Of a DNA stretch of 64,000 bases, positions 58,203-64,000 are shown piece after piece. The notes beneath the pieces are model-generated. The model was not told the origin of the DNA. It ran no database searches and was given only the letters and a program-made list of their open reading frames with translations. A program made the translations under genes and the position numbers. Each line of letters begins with the position of its first letter. Position 1 is the stretch's first letter. Source of the DNA: Methanosarcinales archaeon (lineage in GTDB: Archaea > Halobacteriota > UBA148 > JAUWXC01); contig CP061209.1 of assembly GCA_026016205.1 (NCBI GenBank), positions 634,330-698,329 on the forward strand, read 5' to 3'.

Positions 58203-59168
58203 TTGATATTTGAGAAGATACCGACGGTTCCCATGGCAGATGAACTGGTCGATAAGGCATTTAGAAGGGCATCGCGTGCAGGAAGAGGGAAGACAAGGGA
58301 CAGGAGAGGAGCGGCAGAATCGATGGTAATGACTGCATCGAATATCCTTTCTGACAATTTAATTCACGTTGTAAAGCGATTCCCAAATCTTGACGATTTG
58401 CCGCCGTTTTACAGAGATCTGACCGATATCCTGGTCGGTGTGGACAAACTCAAGATGTCCTTGGCCTCAGTGAATTGGGCAGGCAACAAGGTCAAGGAGA
58501 TATCCAAGGGCCATATTGGAAAGCTGCGGAAAGGGCAAGACCCGTCCAGGGTTAGGAAGGAAGCATTCGGGCGCATTGCTTCGATTGTTCGAGAAGTGGG
58601 GCCAGACCTGGCGTTTTTGAACGATGCAAGGGATAAATTACGAAAGCTTCCAGAGGTGAGCGAAATACCCACGATAGTAGTAGCCGGATATCCCAATGTC
58701 GGCAAATCGAGTTTTGTCGCCGCAGTCAGCAGCGCAAAGCCAGAGGTAGCAGAGTATCCATTTACGACGAAAGGGGTTTCTATCGGGCATTTCATGCATG
58801 AAAGGTGTAAGTATCAGGTAATTGATCTGCCTGGGCTATTGGACCGCCCCCTGTCAGAGAGGAACAAAATTGAACTGCAAGCCATATCTGCGCTCAGGCA
58901 TCTTGGCGATGTAGTCTTATTCATACTGGACCCAAGCGAGACATGCGGGTATTCGCTGGCATCACAAAAGCACCTGCTGGAGGAAATCAAGAGTGAACTG
59001 AAGATTCCAGTGCTGGTGGTGGCGAATAAGAGCGATTTAACAAGCGATTTGAAAAAGGTAGAAACAGATATACTCATGTCCGCGGGGACGGGCGAGGGCG
59101 TAGCAGAGGTAAAGGCAAGATTGATAGAGATGCTCAAAGAATGCCGGCGCCCAAGCAACCAGCCATAA
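58203..59168 (+). CDS. NOG1-family GTP-binding protein
   Basis: N-terminal NOG1-type helical domain, then G1 GYPNVGKSS, G3 DLPGLLD and G4 NKSD. TTG start as in the track. Confidence 0.8.
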   Translation: MIFEKIPTVPMADELVDKAFRRASRAGRGKTRDRRGAAESMVMTASNILSDNLIHVVKRFPNLDDLPPFYRDLTDILVGVDKLKMSLASVNWAGNKVKEISKGHIGKLRKGQDPSRVRKEAFGRIASIVREVGPDLAFLNDARDKLRKLPEVSEIPTIVVAGYPNVGKSSFVAAVSSAKPEVAEYPFTTKGVSIGHFMHERCKYQVIDLPGLLDRPLSERNKIELQAISALRHLGDVVLFILDPSETCGYSLASQKHLLEEIKSELKIPVLVVANKSDLTSDLKKVETDILMSAGTGEGVAEVKARLIEMLKECRRPSNQP

Positions 59169-60087
59169 ATCCGATTATAGCACCGCTATTCAAGAACGGC
59201 AGCCCTGGCTGTGGCTCTCCTTTTGCGACGAATTTTGTTAATACTACAAAGCCTATTAGCGTGCCGATGATGGCACCAAGCGCTGGGAGATTAAGGAATC
59301 CTGCAGAAGGGGCTATGAAAACATTGGCGGATACCACGAGAATTGAGGGTATGACTGCATCCCCCAGCCCCATGAAATACGCACCCCTCTCACCCTTTTT
59401 AGACCCATTCTTCAAAAATGAGTAGCCTCTGTGCTTTGGAACGACGAACATGACCGGGAGTCTCAGTTCCATTACGCCCTCGGCAAGCGCAATCATATGC
59501 TTGGTCTTGTAGACCGCTATGGCATCATATACCGCCAAGCCTATCAGCAGAACTAACGTGGGCTTGATGTCCAGCGATATGCCGAATATAGCTGTGACGC
59601 CTGCGCCTATCAAAACACCGACAATATCGATGACGTACCATTCTGGGAATTTATACACTAGCAAGGTGAGAGCACTTGCTCCGAGCAGCGAACCGATTAT
59701 CGAGATACTTATTAGATACCCTGTTCCATCCATATAGAAAAGGATGCCCGCTCCTAGTAGTGAACTAATTATTGAGATATCAAGCGTAGATACAAAAGTC
59801 AACAACCCAAAGAACACGGTGTACAGCGTAGACCATATGACAACCAAGATGAAGGCGCGAAATGGCCACTTCAATTTCAATTTTATGACGAACAGCGTGG
59901 CAAGCGTGAAGAGCAAGATCAAACCCATGTACAGTATGGGATTCCAGACGGACTGAGGATTTTCAAATGCCTGCATGTCATGGGCGACCATCTGGGGGGT
60001 TAGCAGTAAAGCAAGGACCTGCACGATTATGAGGAAGACGCCCATGCAGGCAAACGGCAAATAATTCGCAATGGTTTTAGATTTCAT
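59134..60087 (-). CDS. Presenilin/signal-peptide-peptidase homologue (A22 intramembrane aspartyl protease)
   Basis: Nine-TM-like profile with catalytic YD (LAVYDAIAVY), GLGD (FMGLGDAVIP) and PAL (LNLPALG) motifs. Confidence 0.8.
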   Translation of the reverse strand: MKSKTIANYLPFACMGVFLIIVQVLALLLTPQMVAHDMQAFENPQSVWNPILYMGLILLFTLATLFVIKLKLKWPFRAFILVVIWSTLYTVFFGLLTFVSTLDISIISSLLGAGILFYMDGTGYLISISIIGSLLGASALTLLVYKFPEWYVIDIVGVLIGAGVTAIFGISLDIKPTLVLLIGLAVYDAIAVYKTKHMIALAEGVMELRLPVMFVVPKHRGYSFLKNGSKKGERGAYFMGLGDAVIPSILVVSANVFIAPSAGFLNLPALGAIIGTLIGFVVLTKFVAKGEPQPGLPFLNSGAIIGFMAGCLGAGIL

Positions 60088-60177
60088 TTTGCTCCTGCCA
60101 CACTAATAAGTGAAGATTTATAATATATAGGTGTATTATTATCCAATAGAGTTAGTCTTTGCCAATGAGGTGGAATA

Positions 60178-60495
60178 ATGGAAGCAAGGGATATTTTACT
60201 TTCGGTCGTCATGGTGGTTTCCGCATTCGTGCTCACCTATAGATGGCTTGGTCAATATGGATTGGGAGATTCTGTCATAGTTCTGGCAGCGATGGTGCTG
60301 GTCGGAGCGCTGGCTGCATTGCTCTTGAGCATCGATATCAGGTTGGGAGTAGTAGAGAATAAAATTGATGCCAAGGAACGGTCCATCAGGGTTAACATCC
60401 AGGGCGTAGAGGACAACGTGGACAGGAAATTAAACATGATGCTCAATAGGATTAATGAAGCGCTGGAATCTCTGACACGACGGCAGTATCGATAA
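60178..60495 (+). CDS. Hypothetical membrane protein (two TM helices plus a C-terminal coiled-coil)
   Basis: 105-aa ORF; no motif recognised. Confidence 0.45.
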   Translation: MEARDILLSVVMVVSAFVLTYRWLGQYGLGDSVIVLAAMVLVGALAALLLSIDIRLGVVENKIDAKERSIRVNIQGVEDNVDRKLNMMLNRINEALESLTRRQYR

Positions 60496-60593
60496 TCATA
60501 TTTTAATATTTTTAATAAGCGAGCGGAAGCGCTTCATGTTTTATGGGAAAATATAATAAAGACGTTAAAGCATAGGTTTACTCGGAGATATCA

Positions 60594-61607
60594 ATGGGCG
60601 TAGACCTCGGAGATCTGGTCGAGAGGCGGGAAATCTCTTTAAAGGACTTATTTGGAAAGGCAATAGCCATAGATGCACATAATAGTCTATATCAGTTCCT
60701 CAGCATCATCCGCCAGCCGGATGGCACACCATTGATGGATTCCAGGGGAAACATCACATCACATCTTTCCGGGTTACTCTACAGGACGACAAACCTAGTT
60801 GAAGAGGGTATCAAACCCATCTTTGTGTTCGACGGAAAGCCACCCGACTTTAAGGCATCTACGATCAAAGAGCGGAGCGAAATCAGGGATGCAGCAGAAA
60901 AGCAGTGGATCAAAGCGAAGGAGAGAGGGGAGGAGGCTTTTAAGTATGCACAGGCGTCTGCAAGGGTAACCAAGCAAACAACCGAGGATGCCAAAGCGCT
61001 CCTGGGATACATGGGAATCCCATGTGTTCAGGCACCGTCAGAGGGAGAAGCGCAGGCTGCGTTCATTGTTAGCAACGGCGATGCTGATGCCGTAGGTTCG
61101 CAAGATTATGATGCGCTGCTGTTTGGTGCCCCTAAACTCGTGAGAAATTTGACGATTACAGGGCGCAGGAAGCTGCCTGGAAAAAACGTCTATGTTGCAG
61201 TGAAACCGGAAATGATAGAACTGAAATCGATGCTTGATGCACTGGAAATAACGAGGGAGCAGTTGGTCGATATTGCGATTTTGATAGGCACGGATTATAA
61301 TAATGGCATCAAGGGCATAGGGCCGAAGACTGCATTGAAACTGATTAAAAAGCATGGCTCAATCGAAGGGGCGCTAGCTGAACTCGGCAAGGAAATCAAG
61401 GATTTCGATGCCATCAAAGGCTTCTTCCTGAATCCGGACGCTACATCTGAGTATAAGATAACGTGGCACGAGCCAAGAGAGGCAGAAGTCGAAAGATTTC
61501 TGTGCGATGAACACGATTTCTCTGAGGACAGAGTGCACAAGGCGTTGGCACGATTGGTAGAAGCATCTGGCAGGGGGCAGAAGACCCTGGACCAGTGGGT
61601 TGGATGA
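60594..61607 (+). CDS. fen1: Flap endonuclease 1
   Basis: [43 protein letters not shown], and the H3TH region [15 protein letters not shown]. Confidence 0.92.
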   Translation: MGVDLGDLVERREISLKDLFGKAIAIDAHNSLYQFLSIIRQPDGTPLMDSRGNITSHLSGLLYRTTNLVEEGIKPIFVFDGKPPDFKASTIKERSEIRDAAEKQWIKAKERGEEAFKYAQASARVTKQTTEDAKALLGYMGIPCVQAPSEGEAQAAFIVSNGDADAVGSQDYDALLFGAPKLVRNLTITGRRKLPGKNVYVAVKPEMIELKSMLDALEITREQLVDIAILIGTDYNNGIKGIGPKTALKLIKKHGSIEGALAELGKEIKDFDAIKGFFLNPDATSEYKITWHEPREAEVERFLCDEHDFSEDRVHKALARLVEASGRGQKTLDQWVG

Positions 61608-61643
61608 ATCTACCAAAAAGTTCAGATAAAAACGTTCAAATGA

Positions 61644-62279
61644 TTACTTGCGAAATCCGTGCTTCCCTATCAGTGGGACGAACATCACGCCTCCTTTTCC
61701 ATTCCGGATAATGCCGTCCTTCTTTTCGATCAAATAGAGTTCTTGGAGATGGCGCCCGATGGGTATGACCATTTTTCCATTTGGCTTGAGTTGTTCGAAC
61801 AGGGGCGGTGGAACGTCTGGCGCTGCACATGCAACGCTAATCCCATCATATGGAGCGTGCTTGGCATAACCCAACGTGCCGTCCCCCTCTACAATGGTCA
61901 CGTTTTTGCAGCCAGCGTCCTTGAGATTCTTTCGCGCTATGTCAGCTAACGACTTCCAGCGTTCAATGGCATAGATATGTCCTTTTCCAACTAGTTCTGC
62001 CATGACAGCTGCATGATAACCGCATCCAGCGCCGACTTCGAGCACTTTCATGCCATCTTGTAAATCCAACAAATCGCACATCATTGCGACCATATGCGGT
62101 GCAGAAATGGTTTGATTTCGCCCTATTGGGAGTGGGCAATCGGCGTATGCATGGCCCCTAAATTCTATCGGGATAAATACATGCCTTGGCACTCGCTTCA
62201 TCGCTGCTACTACGCATTCGCTTATGCCGTATGATCTAAGCTTTTCAACCAATTTGTTCCTTTCAGATTCGTATTTCAT
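61644..62279 (-). CDS. pcm: Protein-L-isoaspartate O-methyltransferase
   Basis: QTISAPHMVA and VLEVGAGCGYHAAV. Start trimmed to MKYESE because the longer ORF overlaps tRNA-Asn. Confidence 0.88.
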   Translation of the reverse strand: MKYESERNKLVEKLRSYGISECVVAAMKRVPRHVFIPIEFRGHAYADCPLPIGRNQTISAPHMVAMMCDLLDLQDGMKVLEVGAGCGYHAAVMAELVGKGHIYAIERWKSLADIARKNLKDAGCKNVTIVEGDGTLGYAKHAPYDGISVACAAPDVPPPLFEQLKPNGKMVIPIGRHLQELYLIEKKDGIIRNGKGGVMFVPLIGKHGFRK

Positions 62280-62288
62280 GATTTTGAG

Positions 62289-62373
62289 CGCCGCCAACAG
62301 GACTCGAACCTGTGACAACCTGGTCTCTGCATCTTTTAACAGCCAGGTACTCTACCAACTGAGTTATGGCGGC
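62289..62373 (-). tRNA. tRNA-Asn(GUU) with a 12-nt intron at 37/38
   Basis: Reverse complement GCCGCCA TA ACTC AGTTGGTA GAGT A CCTGG CTGTTA[AAAGATGCAGAG]A CCAGG TTGTC ACAGG TTCGAGT CCTGT TGGCGGC G. Central helix CTGT/GCAG; bulges TAA and AGA. Confidence 0.8.
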
Positions 62374-62413
62374 TTGTATATTATTTACGTTGTGGACAAC
62401 AAAAAGAGACGCA

Positions 62414-62707
62414 TCATCTTAAGGTTTTTGATATATCGGCTAACTTTTTCTCCAGTTGGCCCATCTTTGATTCGAACTGAGTGATGAATTTCGTCGCTTT
62501 TTTCGTCGTTATTGCGCCCCTTGAAGATGGCTCAATCAAACCCTCGTGTTCTAACACCCTCAGCGAATAGCGTACCTTATGCTTGGGGAGTTTTACCTCC
62601 TCTGCGAGTTTCAGTATCCCAATCGGCTCCTCCCGTACTACTGCTTTTAGCACGGTAAGATGGCGCCCCAGTATGTCTATTTCGCGCTCTAACCTTTTGG
62701 CCAGCAT
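62414..62707 (-). CDS. Small winged-helix transcriptional regulator
   Basis: 97 aa; ILKLAEEVKLPKHKVRYSLRVLEHEGLI. Confidence 0.6.
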   Translation of the reverse strand: MLAKRLEREIDILGRHLTVLKAVVREEPIGILKLAEEVKLPKHKVRYSLRVLEHEGLIEPSSRGAITTKKATKFITQFESKMGQLEKKLADISKTLR

Positions 62708-62756
62708 GTGAACACCATAATTATTATAGTCCTACTAAGGATATTATCTATTCGCT

Positions 62757-64000
62757 ATGAATGTTAAGGTTCGGCCCTCTGTAGTCCATGGAGATGTTTA
62801 TGCGCCTCCGTCCAAGAGCTATACACACCGAGCGATGACAATTGCCGCTCTTGGCAAGAAGGCGGAAATTTCGTATCCCCTTCTCTCTAAAGACACGATG
62901 GCCACTGTTAGGGCATGTGAGGCGTTTGGGGCAACGATACACACGCCTGAAGAAAAAGAGGATATTTTAAGGATTATCGGCGTTGACGGGCATCCCAAGG
63001 TTCCCGAGGATGTGATAAATGCCGCGAACTCCGGTACAACGCTCAGGTTTATGGCTGCCGTGGGAAGCCTGGTAGATGGGGCGGTGGTCCTGACCAGCGA
63101 TGATTCACTGCGGAAGCGACCTAATGGGCCTTTATTAAAAGCGCTTAACGATTTAGGGGCGAATGCATTTTCCGCCAAAGATGATGGGGCTGCACCGATC
63201 GTGGTCAAGGGCAAGCTCAAAGGAGGAGAGGCCACCATTAGCGGGGAAATTAGTTCACAGTTTATCTCTGCACTGCTACTCGCCTGTCCTTTTGCGTGTG
63301 AAGACACCGTAATAACGGTAAAGGGTAAACTGAAATCCAAGCCATATGTGGAGATGACGCTGGATATGCTGGAGAGCGCTGGCGCCAAGATAGTTACGGA
63401 TTTCACCAAGTTTGAAATCCCCCATAATCAGAAGTTTGACCTTGGCTCATATGTCATTCCAGGCGATTTCTCTTCGGCGTCGTATTTGCTCGCAGCTGGA
63501 GCGATTACCAATTCAAAGGTGGTTGTGAGAAATTTGATTCCATCTAAACAAGGAGATGTTGCCATCGTATCCATCCTTCAGCAAATGGGTGCAGATGTGG
63601 TGTGGGATCAGGATGTAGGTGTGGTGACCGTTGATGGTGCAGACTTGAAGGGCATCAGGATTGATGTAGGCGCTCACCCAGACCTGGTTCCAACTCTTGC
63701 AGTATTGGGAACTTGCGCCGAGGGCGTTACAGAAATCACCAATGCAGCTCATCTGCGCTACAAGGAGACTGACAGGCTAAGGGCGATGTCAACGGAATTA
63801 AGGAAGATGGGTGCAAAGGTAAAAGAATTGCCAGATGGCCTGGTCATTGAGAAATCGCGTTTGCACGGCGCCAGATTGCACGGATACAACGACCACCGGA
63901 TTGTGATGGCGCTTACTGTCGCTGGTTTGGTCGCAGAAGGAGAAACAGTCATCGATGATGCAGAATCCGTGGAGGTGTCATACCCGGACTTTTTCGATGA
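62757..64000 (+). CDS. aroA: 3-phosphoshikimate 1-carboxyvinyltransferase (EPSP synthase); the 3' end runs off the window
   Basis: Absent from the ORF track (open at the window edge). My translation reads MNVKVRPSVVHGDVYAPPSKSYTHRA...NSGTTLRF...LRKRP...SSQFISALLL...DHRIVMAL with no stops. Confidence 0.9.
   Translation, partial: MNVKVRPSVVHGDVYAPPSKSYTHRAMTIAALGKKAEISYPLLSKDTMATVRACEAFGATIHTPEEKEDILRIIGVDGHPKVPEDVINAANSGTTLRFMAAVGSLVDGAVVLTSDDSLRKRPNGPLLKALNDLGANAFSAKDDGAAPIVVKGKLKGGEATISGEISSQFISALLLACPFACEDTVITVKGKLKSKPYVEMTLDMLESAGAKIVTDFTKFEIPHNQKFDLGSYVIPGDFSSASYLLAAGAITNSKVVVRNLIPSKQGDVAIVSILQQMGADVVWDQDVGVVTVDGADLKGIRIDVGAHPDLVPTLAVLGTCAEGVTEITNAAHLRYKETDRLRAMSTELRKMGAKVKELPDGLVIEKSRLHGARLHGYNDHRIVMALTVAGLVAEGETVIDDAESVEVSYPDFFD

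Noticed and set aside
62819-63409. 196-aa minus-strand ORF
   Set aside because: It is antisense to aroA, whose translation carries all the EPSP synthase motifs.

Overview
This window is a euryarchaeal chromosomal segment. The lineage call rests on an MC1 chromatin protein, an A1AO ATP synthase in atpH-I-K-E-C-F-A-B-D order, an archaeal SRP RNA, archaeal-type ThrRS, Pth2, FEN1, PolB and XPD, a small CbiX/CfbA chelatase and BHB-type tRNA introns. It looks like a Methanosarcinales- or Methanomicrobia-like methanogen or relative, but I cannot name the species from sequence alone. The window is almost entirely densely packed core metabolism and information processing.

Main blocks:
- A six-gene operon: XRE regulator, HMG-CoA synthase, thiolase, DUF35, class II HMG-CoA reductase and PanB.
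- pyrBI.
- ribH/ribC.
- thiC, cbiX and purE.
- An 11-gene Mrp-type cation/proton antiporter cluster with four antiporter-like subunits.
- The complete nine-gene A-type ATPase operon.
- Nine tRNA genes and one SRP RNA.

I found no CRISPR array, rRNA, IS element or integrase. Two partial genes missing from the ORF track sit at the window edges: PolB at 1..1927 (-) and AroA at 62757..64000 (+).

Observations most worth follow-up:
1. Four of the nine tRNA genes are interrupted, with five introns in total. tRNA-Ala(GGC) carries two introns (37/38 and 45/46). tRNA-Ile(GAU) carries a 17-nt intron inside the D-stem.
2. The last Mrp subunit (832 aa) carries four in-frame tandem repeats of 75-78 nt between its antiporter core and two C-terminal TM helices. 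I interpret this as an elongated, segmented lateral arm matched to the extra MrpD copies.
3. Identical nucleotide tracts of 62 nt and 31 nt are shared between otherwise diverged MrpD paralogues, which suggests gene conversion.
4. A 1.3-kb AT-rich islet carries a class II Fic gene and is bracketed by a degenerate duplicate of the pyrI 3' end.
5. A CBS-ParB/Srx fusion gene is translationally coupled to hisE.

All calls come from reading the sequence and the supplied translations. RNA ends and splice sites are accurate to a few nt, and no database searches were run.
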